From assembly GCA_024137785.1 (NCBI GenBank), contig JAHRHZ010000074.1:557350-621349 (forward strand): DNA of 64,000 nt. Reading direction: 5' to 3'. Both the position numbers and the translations under genes were made by a program. This document shows, piece after piece, positions 36,771 to 48,908 of the stretch; position 1 is the stretch's first letter; every line of letters begins with the position of its first letter. The notes beneath the pieces are model-generated. The model searched no databases. It was not told the origin of the DNA and saw only the letters and a program-made list of their open reading frames with translations. The stretch comes from Ginglymostoma cirratum (lineage: Eukaryota).

Positions 36771-38123
36771 TGTAGGATTGAGCAAAAATCCCTATCATTT
36801 GAAATACTGGACCAGAACTCTGGACTTTTCAAAAACTTTTAGAAGTGAAAAAAAAGGCAGCTGGGCTGAGCTTTCTGGGAAAAATACACACACAGAAGTG
36901 GCTACCTGGAACCATTTTTCAGTCCAATAATCTAATTCACACCTCGACTCTAAAAGAACTATCAACCAGACCCAACAATCCAGACTGAAACTAATCATAT
37001 CCACCTTGGGCTACAAAAAAACCCAGACATCTTGGAACCGATACAGATACTGGACATTTAATTTCAATCAATATTCATTCACAGAGATGCTGGACATTCC
37101 ATTTAATCAAAATATATTCACAGCTACTCTTAACTAAGGGGAAGCCAATTGCCTTAAATGGGACACCATTAACATAATGGCAAGCGCAGATTTGGCACGA
37201 AGATAACATGCCCGCAATTCGTATAATTGCAGGCCCCGATCTCACCAGAGGGAGAGTGATTCGCCTGGGAGCTATCCCCGCAGCTACCACCAGGAGAAGG
37301 ATCCAAAAGAGTTACCACCCTGACAGCGATCCCCACAGCCATCTCCAGAAGAGGGATCCCGACAGCAATCCCGAAACCGACCGACACAGCCTGTTCCGTG
37401 CCAGGGGAACCAAAGGCAACTGACCACGACCAGCAGACCTAAAACTGACAACCTCCGAAAATCACCAACCCGACCAACAACACAAGGCCTCGGACACATC
37501 CTTAGGTGAAAACCGGCTCGCAAAAATCACACAAAGTAAGGAAAACTGAGTACTCACCTGATGAATCCACAATGTGTCCTACCGTACCAGCGGACTCAAC
37601 CCAGACTGAAGGCCTACACTGTCCAAAGTCTTCACCGAAGCTCCGGGTATAATAAGCCTGAATGGCCAGCTGTACTTCAAAATTGCCTTTCTCCCCAGTG
37701 GTGAGCTAAAACGCCCGAGACTCCAAAGTTTCCACCCTAACTAGCAAGTCGGGGAAGGTGGGTGGTGACAGTACAGGGAACCCCAAGGATAGAAAGCCTG
37801 ATAAAAATTTCTGTGATCAAAACCTGCTGTTTAGTTCCTATAGTGTTTAACCCGTATTTGATTTAATGGTGTATTTAACCACTGTCCTCTGTATTACTGA
37901 TACTGTCACTTTCACTGTTTGTTGTATTTGCCTTTATTTCTTGTATTATATTTACCTCTTGTATTTAATAAACACAGGGATTCTTTTGACGCTGAAACAC
38001 CTGTCTACTGCCTTCTTCATTTCACATTCCGAAATAAGTCCAGTGTCCGAATCATGGATCTGGAGATGATTCCAACCACTTTAAAAATCAGCAAATTACT
38101 GATCGCAATCCAGAACCCCTACA
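36771..38123 (+). mobile_element. Solo LTR (1353 bp)
   Basis: TGTAGG...CCTACA inverted termini, near-perfect 4-bp TSD (agac/ggac), AATAAA near 37967, more CpG than flanks. Confidence 0.75.
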
Positions 38124-40854
38124 GGACTGCCAGGTATACAGGATGACGATGGAGAAAATGATGGTTTAATTTAAGTGATACACATATTGTATAAAATACA
38201 GATAGACAGGTGCAGTAATAATCAGATGGTAGCTTGAAAAGCAATTCCAGTATGATGAATGCTTTACCAGTTGCTGTTAATATAATGAAGCTTTAAGAAA
38301 TGTCAAACAGAAAGTGCTTTTACTCCCTAAGATTAGACAAATGATAGAACTGTGCTAAATTTAAAGTCTGTTTGTTCCAGTTTTCCCCGTTTTGTTAACT
38401 GCTGCCCTGAACATGTATTAGTCTGTGACCCGTAAGTAGACTGCATTTGTAAATGTCAAACCTCCTACTCTTAATGACTGATTCAACTTGCAGATATTTC
38501 CAATAGGTTACACTGATATTAATCATTTGAACATTACCTTTTCCCTTTTCATTTGTCTTCAAGCTGTGGGAGGTTTTTTAGATATTCCCTTTACACATCT
38601 ATGTGAGCCAACCAGCCAATCAAATGCCACCTGCTCACCTGTCACATCCTGATCCAGATGTTACTTTTGACATTGCATTCAAAGTAGAGGGCAAAGCAGT
38701 TTAAACAATCACAGACATTGGCAGAAATGAAATAACTAATCACTGGATTTCTATCTAAAATAACATTCGTAGGCTCTCAATTACTTTTCTAAAAAGTAAC
38801 ACTTCATGAAGTAAATAGATGAACAGAAAAATAAATATTTTCCCTATGGTCTTTTGAATTTTCATGTTAGAAAGATTCACAGGAATGAACTCAAATTTAG
38901 CATAAGCCAAGGCCCATTCTCAGTAAATATAAAACAGTAAGTGCCAGTGAAAATCAATTCGTCTGGCAGCATCCTTGTAGAGAGAAACAAAGTTAATGTT
39001 TCCAGTCCAATGTGTCTCTTCTTTAGTTAGAACTGAAGGAACCCATTCTTAGTGAAATGTCTGCCTACCATACCTCAATAGGAAACCTTATTACTTAGAT
39101 GAAAGCAGCTCCATTTCTTCATTAGCGACTGCACTAAGTAAAACTGTTGATCTAATTTTATCTGATCACTTCATTTAGAAGTCCCTATCACCAATTTACA
39201 ACCGCCTGATCATATTCCGAGACATCTGGCAACCAGCAAAGCTCACTGATGCAATTTTTTTTTCGCTCTTTCTGGAACTTATTTTCAGTGCCGTTACTCA
39301 GGGGATGTCTGCATTATTTGCAGCACTGATGAAACTTCAATATACCTTAGCTTCCAACAATCACACAAGTCACCTAACTGGATAAATATTTGATCAGATA
39401 TCAGTCAAACAAGTATCAAATGTTATCTTTTTAACTTCTGTTTTTCCTTAGGAAGGAGGCATTACTGGCTATGCCAATATGGACAGTCCATCTCTATTTG
39501 CAGTTGAAAGGGTGGCAGGAAGTTATCTCCTTGAACCTCTCTTGTCCATTAGGTGTAGATATAGCCATTGTGCTGTTGGAAGGTGAGTTCCCGGATTTTG
39601 ATCTAACAAAAATGAAGAAATAGTGATATAGATCCAAGTCAGGATGTTGTGTGGCTTGGACAGGTACTGGCGGACAATGGTGTCCCCATGCATCTACAGC
39701 CTTTATCACCACTATAGGGTCGTTTCTAACTGATTTGAGCATTATCTCGACTACAATCTGTAAGCACAGAGAAAATTATGATACACTGGGCCTAATTTAG
39801 AACTGATTGAATTAGCTGTGTAATAAATAAAACATGGATTCCTAGACACTAGGCAGAAAATAAATAAATAATGAGAATGCAAGCAGTGCAGTCCGTAAAA
39901 ACATGAGTAAACATGATAATGTCTTAGGAGCAAAGCTGCATTTATTCTAGCACATATTGTTGTCAATTCTTGTGGAAAAAATTTGCTTGCATCCACAATA
40001 ATTACTAGGAAGAAGTAAAACTAATACATTTTCCCTCGGTAACAATTACTGTGAAATTACAGTAATAGCTTACGATTAGTAGCATTCTATTTATTCCAAT
40101 TATGAGCCCGAAATGGATATTAGGGGATTTTGCACATGAGCAATAATTGCAACACTTTCCTCACCTAACTGCTCCTTGATTACTAATGAGGAGAGGTTTT
40201 GGAATCACCAGTTTTACACAAATGGAAATAATGAATTGCATCTCTCCCCCGCCATCATTCAGTTTTCGAAGCACGCAGTAATAATTTATTGGCATTATAG
40301 AACATGCAAAAAGTAATTGTATGAAAAAAAATATGAAAAGTTTTATCTGTTCATCACATCTCAAATGACGATAATTATTTTTAAGCTGTCTAAAAACACA
40401 AACAATTTTGTTTATAGGTTCAAAAGTGTCATAGCACCAAAGTCTAAAAATTCGCTGTTGACCTTCTGGGTCCATGGAAGAATTTCTGCTCACTTCACAG
40501 ATATTCTTCCAACATCTCAGATATCCTGAAACTCGAGCAGTTTCATATCTGGCACCTTGCTGTATCAGTGGACTTTCTGTGCCAGCTGAAATTCTCTAAT
40601 GCATTGTAAACCCTATAATTGAACATAGTTTTCCCAAAGGAATTCATTCCTTGGCAAATGATTTGTGTGTGAAGTGCATTCATAAAAAGTAAAATTAGTC
40701 ATAATATCATCAGAATCAGGTCCTTGCATGCCACCATGCTAACTTCACATGACTGTACATAATGTTGGGTGCAGGATAACAGAACTTGTTAGATGTGCAG
40801 TAGATCAAAGTAGTATACTTGACTTTGGGTGATATCAATTCAGTCGCATTTTAT

Positions 40855-41488
40855 AGAACCATAAGATATAGAAGCAGAAGCAAGCCATTCAGTACATCAA
40901 ATCTGCTCCACCATTCAATGAGAGTACAGTTGATTTCATAATCTTCAAATCCATTTTCCTTATATTCATTGGTTCCCTTACAGATCCAAATATCCATACA
41001 ACTCAGCTTAAAATGTACTTAATGCTCCAGCGTCAACAGCCCACTGCAGTAAAAAATTCCACAGATTCACTACCTAATGAGAGAAGAAAATCCTCCTCAT
41101 CTCTGTCTTAAATGGGTGCCCTCTCACTCTGAGATTATGCCCTCTGGTCTTAGACTCTCCCATATTGGGAAACAATTTCTCTGCACTTACTCTGTCTAGT
41201 CCCCTAAGAATTCTAAGAATATTTCAAGAGGACACCTCTCATTCTTCTAACCTCCAATGAGTACAAAGTGAACCTACTCAACTCTCAAAGATAGTCCACA
41301 ATTGGGATCCACCAAGTGAGCCTTCTCTGAACTATCTCCAATATATTTCCTCAGGTGAGGGGCCCAAAACTGTTCACAGTATTCCAGCTCTAACATAACA
41401 GGTTGTATGGTTGTACCAAAACCTCCCTACTTAAATACACCATTCCGTTTGAAATAAAGGCCAACATTCCTTTTGCCTTCATTATCAC

Positions 41489-41490
<2 letters not shown>
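40855..41490 (-). mobile_element. CR1 LINE 3' fragment
   Basis: KAKGMLAFISNGMVY..REVLVQPY and a CR1 3' UTR. Confidence 0.85.

Positions 41491-41571
<81 letters not shown>
41491..41571. repeat. (TG)n(AG)n microsatellite
   Basis: About 36 TG units with one TA interruption, then a short AG run. Confidence 0.98.
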
Positions 41572-41583
41572 CCACATGACCCC

Positions 41584-41621
41584 AGTTCTGAGGAAGGGTA
41601 AACGGACCCGAAACGTTAACT
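41584..41621 (+). ncRNA. Minimal type I hammerhead ribozyme motif in a Penelope-like terminus
   Basis: AGTT-CTGAGGA-aGGGTaaacggACCC-GAAAC-GTT-AACT: stem I AGTT/AACT, CUGANGA and GAAA core, stem II GGGT/ACCC, palindromic AACGTT. Confidence 0.6.
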
Positions 41622-41964
41622 CTGACTTTTTCTTTACAGATGCTGCCAGACCTGCTGAGCTTTTCCAGCAACTTCTGTTTTTCTTCTTGTCTTAACACAC
41701 TGCTGCATGAGTAACTGAGGTGTAATCTGAGGCATAAACATTTTCAGCAGATTCAGTTATATTCCAGTAGCGTTAAGGTTGGAATTTGGACACATTGCTG
41801 CCGATTGCACAATCGCAAGACACAGACAGTTTTCATGTTTGGGCTTTGTAATGGCAAGTAACATCAGCATCAAAAATATTTAACTCCAATAAAAGGGTTT
41901 CTAGCCAACTTCATGGTCACAAACTAGCATTACCACCACTGACTCTCCTCAAGATAAATATCAG

Positions 41965-42840
41965 AGAAGAGATGGTGCTAATGTCACTTAATAAAAGGTC
42001 CTAATGTAAAGGGTGCAAATCCCACCACAACAGGGGGTGAAATTTGAATTCAATAAAAAAACTGGCATAGTGACCATTCTAACTGTTGTAAAATCCTAAC
42101 TGGTTCAATAAAGTCCTTTAGGTAAGGAACTCTGCCATCTAATCTGGTCTAGCCCACGTGAGCCCAGATCCAGAGTAATTTGGTTGACTTCTAACTGCAT
42201 TCCAACCAATTATGGATGGGCAATAAATAGTGGCCCAACAAGTAATGCCCACATTCCAGGAATAAATAAAAAATTCTTGGGGTCACCATTGACCAAACAT
42301 TTTCAAGTAGAACATCCACATTAATTCCAAGGCAACTATGGTAGGACAATAGCTGGATATCATGCAGCAAGTGGCTCAACTCCTTACTTCTCAAACTTTC
42401 TCTGCTCTCTACAAGGTAGGAAGCAATTGCACCCGTTCAAACAACTCAAGATCATCCATGACCAAGGAATGTGCTTGATATTACCAGATTTTCATCTTAA
42501 ACATTCATTCCAACAACAGTGGCTGCAGTGTGAGCAACCTACAAAATACACTGTAATGAGTTGGCAAAGCTTCCTTCACAGCTGCTCTCAAACCTGTGAC
42601 TTAAACCATCTTGGGGGGGCAAAGGCAGCGGAGAGCCAATATCTCCAGGATTCCCTCAATGTCACAGACCAACCAAACATTGATACATTTCTTATCCTAC
42701 AGTGTCACTGGGTCAAATTCCTGAAACTCACTATCCAACACCATTGTGAAAATACATTTAGCTCATGGACTGCAGTGATTTAAGAAGAAGGACCATCAAT
42801 TTGCAAGGACAATCCAGAATAAATAATAAGTACTGGCCTT
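41965..42840 (+). mobile_element. SINE (41965-42270) nested in an old LINE 3' fragment
   Basis: SINE core as at 29065. The LINE remnant ILGVTIDQ...LYK shares its 3' tail with 4510-4610 and 26270-26450. Confidence 0.65.
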
Positions 42841-43379
42841 GCAAAATGAATATGCTTTAAAGCAGAGATTCACACAAATTAAATGTGATGTTCTTGTGAA
42901 TTTATTGCATGACCTCCCATACAAATAACTGAGTATATTTTAATCTCCAGCATTCCTGTTGCATAGCTTCACACAACAGTAAAACAGATTAAGATTCAGG
43001 TCATCTGCTCTTGTGACTTTCTGTCCCCTGCAGTAATTGGACCAAATCATAGGAGGCAGATATGAAAATTCCCACATACTCTTCCAGTACAGATCATTGC
43101 AGTGCTGAAAACAAAAGTATTGTCTCATACATTTTGCGTGTTTCAAGTCAAATACTGTCCCAATGGTTCTGCAAATTCTGTTATTGCTGATAGAGTTTGT
43201 TCATTTCTTGCTTTGCAGCTTCAGTTATGGGGCATAGAGATTGAGATGAATATTGACTTGATAACGATGTTTGCATGGCAGTTTTATTAATGATAATTAA
43301 TGAATTGACTATCTAATCCTATCTCTAGTAATTAAGGTTTAGTATCGATCTAAAACCTATAAATCTTGTACAACCTACA

Positions 43380-44490
43380 GAATGGTCCTGTACGGTGAAA
43401 TCACGATGAGTCAAATTTGGATAACCTCCTTTGAGGTGAATTTGTCAGCTATTCTTACCAACAGAATAGGAAATCAAAACAGAATGACTTTGTAAGTTTG
43501 TCTCCGACAGGCTGTTTTACTTGTATGTTACCTCCCATAACATAAAAACTGGACATGGATGTTATGATATTGAAGGATTCAATAGACTTATTTATTAAAA
43601 CTAAGTATTATGTACCAACATCACATTAGCTGGGCACATAAGTGTCCAAGCTAATGTTAAACTTTTAGAATACATCAGAGGAGCATTCTTCAAGTAGAGT
43701 ACCAAGCTTCTGATTCAAGGTAAGATAGAGAATGAGACTTTTATACCGTACTGATACAGACAATCACACCACAATGATATAATAAGCATGTCTCTGCAAA
43801 GTACGTTGACATACCGACTGTGACACCAAACAAATCATACTTGTGATAAACCAAAGATCTAGGCTCTTAACAGTGGATTAAGTGAAGTCATGCACACTTG
43901 TCATATGATCGCACTAACTAATTGGAGTGGAGTTAGGCCACATTACAGCATGAAGTCATGGGCAAGCCTGTAGTGATGAATCCAAAATGTTCTCGGCCAA
44001 GTCCTGAATGTATACATACTAAGAAAATTTTTTATTGCACTGCAAACCAGCTTATTTCACCAAAAATTGCCAACTCACTCTTTAATTTTTAAGAATGATT
44101 TGTACAATGGTAGAAAGCAAAGCAAGGAATGCTTCACTCTCATGGCCCATGCTGACATGAGTGGCAGCAATAAGTGCTGCATCTAGTAATAGGAAAATCC
44201 ATGAAGATATGTTGCTTTGCTGTTGTAAAGAGATTACCCACAGAGTAAGAGACCAACAAAACTGCCTGAATGACTCAATGACATACTGGGGATTAAGAAA
44301 GTAAATAAAACATTTTAGTCGAGGAAAATGAATATTATTATCGTGATGACCCTGAAGCAGCTGACAAATTCCCACACTCTCACTGGTCTGTTTCCCTAGT
44401 AAAAGTCACAAAAGGCTGTATGGATGCTCCATGAATTGACACTGTAAAAATAATTCATTTTGTATCGATACCATAGTGGCCAAAATATTG
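43380..44490 (-). pseudogene. Candidate viral L capping/connector-domain relic
   Basis: Minus strand FG-LWYRYK (one base from HR, about 44467), then about 44 codons later QGHHDNNIHF, matching PRNTase motif D-E spacing. Followed by CCHSC and further near-open frames. Confidence 0.45.
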
Positions 44491-45210
44491 AGTCATTTCA
44501 AGGAGTTGGATAAATATCGCAGTTGGGCTAAAGGGATCAAAGGATATGGGGGAAAAGTAAGGACAGGTTATTGAGTTGGATGATCTGCCATGACCATATG
44601 AGTGATGGCGTAGGTTCCAATGGCCAAATGGCCCACTGCTGCTCTTATTTTCCTTGTTTTATGAACAACAGGTCAGAAGGCAGTTACAAGCATTTTTAAG
44701 AATATTGATCAACAGTAGTCTGTCCTGCCAGGTTTGATTTTTGCTAGACTCTGAAAAAGATCCATTTCCTTACATATTTAAATCAGGAGACAGTGGTAGG
44801 GCCCTGGCATGACTTTCCATTCCAAATGAGGCATACTTGGGCCTCCAGGAGCCAAGGTTGGTCCTTTCAAAGGAACAGCTAGAGGTCATTCTGGAAATAT
44901 TGCAATAACTTTCCAAATGATATTTGTGGAGTCAGGAATAGCATTCTTTCTCTATCAGCCCCTTTTGCCAATTTTTGTGTTTTTTTTTCCCTCCCCTTAA
45001 ATGAATACATCTGGTATGATTCCAAGGTGAGTACAATTACAACATTTAAAATACATTTGGACAGGTACATGAATAGGAAAGGTTTAGATGGAAATGGGCT
45101 AAATGCAGGCAAATGGGACAATGGGACTAGTTCAGATTAGGAAATCTGGTCAGCATAGATGAGTTGAACTGAAGGGTCTGTTTCCATGCTGTATGTCTCT
45201 ATGGCTTTAA
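44490..45210 (+). mobile_element. Two short CR1 3' ends (44490-44660 and 45035-45210)
   Basis: CR1 3' UTR motifs shared with 23085 and with 20165 (reverse complement). Confidence 0.75.
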
Positions 45211-45640
45211 GTAACTGCCTCCTTTCCTGTTTTAAAAGCCCATCTGTAGACAGAAAACAATGCCAGCTTTCAATCATATTCAAATGATCATTTTCATGGC
45301 AAGTTATCAGACCTCTTGATAGCGCAGATTTACATTTGATGACATTATCAAGTAAGAGTTTGATCCACTGGAAATATACATAAAACTAAAAATGCCAACC
45401 TTTTATGTCAAACCTCTTTCTCAAAAGTGATTCCTGACAATTACTCATGAACCCAATGTTTAAAATCAAAAAATCATTTCAAAGCAGTCCTGCTGTTAAG
45501 AACAGCAACTGGAAGCACTTATAAATAAGTACCAGGTTGAATATGCAAAATTCTCAGTATGAAATATGATGGGTGCAAAATATTTGATTAAACAAGCTTA
45601 ACAGCTAATGAAAAAAGGACCTATTTAACATGCTTTAAGT

Positions 45641-45703
45641 GTTCATCCAGCCCCATGCTTGTTATCTCGGATTCTCCAGCATCTGCAGTACCTTTTATCT
45701 CTG
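45641..45703 (+). mobile_element. 63-bp 3'-terminal fragment of a Penelope-like element with 11-bp TSD
   Basis: atgctttaagt at 45630-45640 and 45704-45714. The insert is nearly identical to 13668-13730. Confidence 0.85.
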
Positions 45704-46179
45704 ATGCTTTAAGTCCATCTTGCTTTTTGGAGGAAATTAATATGAAGCAGCAGGGCCATAAAACTGTTTGAAAATTCGATGTAGTTCAGTATGTCTGCAG
45801 CACTAAGCCAAAATACTTCATAGGTTGAATTGATAACATACTATAAAAATGATATTACGATATATATTGAAAGTTACAAAAATCTACTAGTCACCTTGAG
45901 TTAACCTTAGCCAGGGAATTGTCTGCAGTTGATTCACTTCTTGCTAATGCAACAGTATGTCTGAGGTTCCCCATACAGGCATTCTTGATTTTCTTCTAGA
46001 CCCATCATTATGAAGTCCTCCAAAAACAGTGTCATTTTTAACATATACACTAACAGTACACAGGTCTACCTGACCTCTACTTTTCTTGACCCCTCTATTA
46101 TGTTTAAACAACCTAACAGCCTGTTCAACAGCCAGTATTGGATGAGCAGAAATTTCCTCCAACTAAAATGTTGGGAAAA

Positions 46180-46965
46180 CAGAAGCCATTGACTTCAATC
46201 CCTCTCATAATAACAATCTCCTTCCACCAATTCTATTCCTCTCTCAGGTAATTGTCCAAATTTGAACCAGGTTTTTTGCAACCTTGTTTTGTATCAGAAC
46301 TGACAGTGATCTTCCTAACGCAGATCCACACCATTGCTAAGACTGCCTATTTACAGCTCCATTACATTATCCAAGTCAATCCTTTCTTCAGCATATCTGC
46401 TTCTGAAACCTTCAGTAATGTTTTTGTTACCTCCTGATTTAATTATTCATATCTGGCCTACCCATATTCCACCATCCACAAACATTGTGGTAATTTTAAG
46501 CTCTGTTGTCTATGTCCTTACACTCACCAAGTCCTACTCAACCATCTTCCCATTGCTTCTTGAATTACGACAGTTCCAGGTTAAGCAGCAGTTCAATTTT
46601 AAAACTCTTATTCTTGCTATGAATCTCTTCATAGCCTCACTCTTTCCTGCCTCTGTAATCTCCTTGAGCACCCCTCCCCTCCAATATTTCTGTGCTCTGT
46701 CAGTTCCAGACTTCTCACTTTTAACTACTCCCCCATCAATGGCTGTGTCTTCAGCAGTCAAGACCACGAGCTCTTGAATTCCCACCCTAAATGCTTCCCC
46801 TACCCCATATCTCTTTCATCCTTCAAGATACTACTTACAGCCTCTTTTGATTCTGATAATTTGGCTGAATATCTCACTTGGTGGTTCGTTGTCACATTTT
46901 GTTTTCATTGTTCCTGTAAAGTACCTTGAAATATTTTCCTGTGTTAAAGATGCTGCACAATTACA
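46180..46965 (+). mobile_element. L2 LINE 3' fragment
   Basis: KTAYLQLHYI..VNPFFS..ASETF..VFVTS and VKQQFNFKTLIL are L2 RT C-terminal remnants, followed by an L2-type tail. Confidence 0.75.
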
Positions 46966-48729
46966 AACTTTTTTAAAATTTTATTTTTCAATATTACCTA
47001 TATGGTTATTTGCACTTAACAGCAATCAGGTAGTAAACCAACCTTTCTATGCGTATCAATTACTGTGTATCCTCCATGTCTGATACATGATTCTCATTCT
47101 GAAAGTAACAGAATAAACAGAATTCATTAGCCAAGAAGAAGAAAGTAAACAGAGAAGCATCATTTGTAATAGGGAAGGCAAATTTATTTAACAAGTGCTC
47201 AATCATCTTCACTTTTCAGACTGGTTACAAAATACCACAATTATTTCTGCTGTTATTTTTATTGTTATTTAAACAATTCATTGCAATAACAGAGAAATGA
47301 CTGGAAGGAAAAGAGAATAAATCTGATAGGGACGTGGAACTAAATTAACAGCCACAGTTGAAATGATCAGGTTTTGACAGATTTAGTTACTTTTATTGCT
47401 TTGAGGATCTGATTTCAAATGCTTGATGGAGAAAAAGTCCAGTATTTTTCTGTCTTTATGTACAGTGACATTTTGAAAGTGCCCAGAACATAACCAAATC
47501 ATCTCAGTAGGTGTTTATAAACAGAGGAAAATATTTTTGTAACAACCCTGCTGTATAATGGTTTCATTGCTGAAAAATGTTTTTGTTGCTCACTCTTCAC
47601 TATACTAATAATTGCTACTTGCCAAAATTTTATAACATAAGCCTTTGTCTTAGCCAAGGGGTTGTGGCAAAATTAATTCAGTAGAAGTTCCATTCCTGTG
47701 TGATATTATGCCATTATAATAATCCATTACTTTTAATTAATCTTTAGAAATACATTGTTCATCCTGTAATGTAGACCATTTTCAAAATTGTAAAGTAAGT
47801 GGAATATTAAATAATTTTCAAATGTTATAATTTCAGAGCGTACATTTAAAACCTGCTCATGTATGCCAAGTTCAACACAGCAGTAAAACAGATTATTTAG
47901 TTTAATATGCTGTGCACGAATACCACCTAATTAGAGAAAGTGGAGATCTGTACTTGTGCACTTAAAAACATTCACCAAGCTCCTCTCACTAGCCTCTGAA
48001 TGCTGTTAGCACTTTCAATGCTACAGGAAAACAATGCAAAGCGAAAAGGCAATCCAGCAGATCAGTATTCCTTTTTGGTAACTGTTAAGTTAGAAAAGTT
48101 GGCTTCACTCCACCTTCCACATTTCCAGATGGTCCCATGTCCAATGAAAAAAAAGCTTTTCAAAGAAGGGTGCATGAAGAAGCTGTGCCAGACAGTGGCT
48201 GTTGAAGCCTCCTTACTTTTGATTTTGTAGTCCTCCTTCCTCTATCCCTTGATCGGTTAGATTGATTGTACAGGAAGTGCAAGTTTTCATTTCTCATGCG
48301 TGCCAAAGAAATAATTCTATTTGTTTTATACCTAACTGAAAGAAAATCTTCCAGCATCATGGGAATAAAAAATTCTAACAACTTTGTACAAAATATTTAA
48401 ACTTTTGTAGAGTTTTTACAGGGGTAACTTACTGTAGCTCCAGATGTTGTGGCTGCCTCTGAACTCCCCAAGAAAGAGGCAATACTTAAAACAATAAAAA
48501 GGATTTTACTATCTGACCAATCCAAATTATATTGTTCAACATACGTAACAATAATGCAAATGCCACAGTGACGTACTGACAATCATGAGTACCTTCTGCT
48601 TCACAGTATTTTCACATAAATCTTATGAGTGGTGACATCAGATTTGCAAATGGAATAATTAAGGAAGTAATTATGCGGTCTTGCACGAAGATTCCTATCA
48701 TACTGCTTGTTAACTCATGTAGATCATAC

Positions 48730-48908
48730 CATCTCATTGCTGCCATCCTCATCGTAATCTTCCTCTACCCCATCAGTCATCTCTTCCCCATCTCCATCAA
48801 CATCAGGGCCCCCTTCCACTTGTTCCTCCGTGGAAGTTTCTGCATTTTCCGATATGGATTCCTCATGCGCAGACTCTGAATTTTCTTCAAGCTGCTTCTT
48901 CTGTGACT
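48730..48908 (-). CDS. RALYL: RALYL coding exon, acidic C-terminal region
   Basis: Acceptor ccttttccatag|AGTCACAG and donor GAGATG|gtatga; 179 bp, in frame with the upstream exon. Translates (E)SQKKQLEENSESAHEESISENAETSTEEQVEGGPDVDGDGEEMTDGVEEDYDEDGSNEM. Confidence 0.92.

Noticed and set aside
41390-41698. His-Thr repeat protein
   Set aside because: It is a translation of the (TG)n microsatellite joined to CR1 and Penelope fragments.
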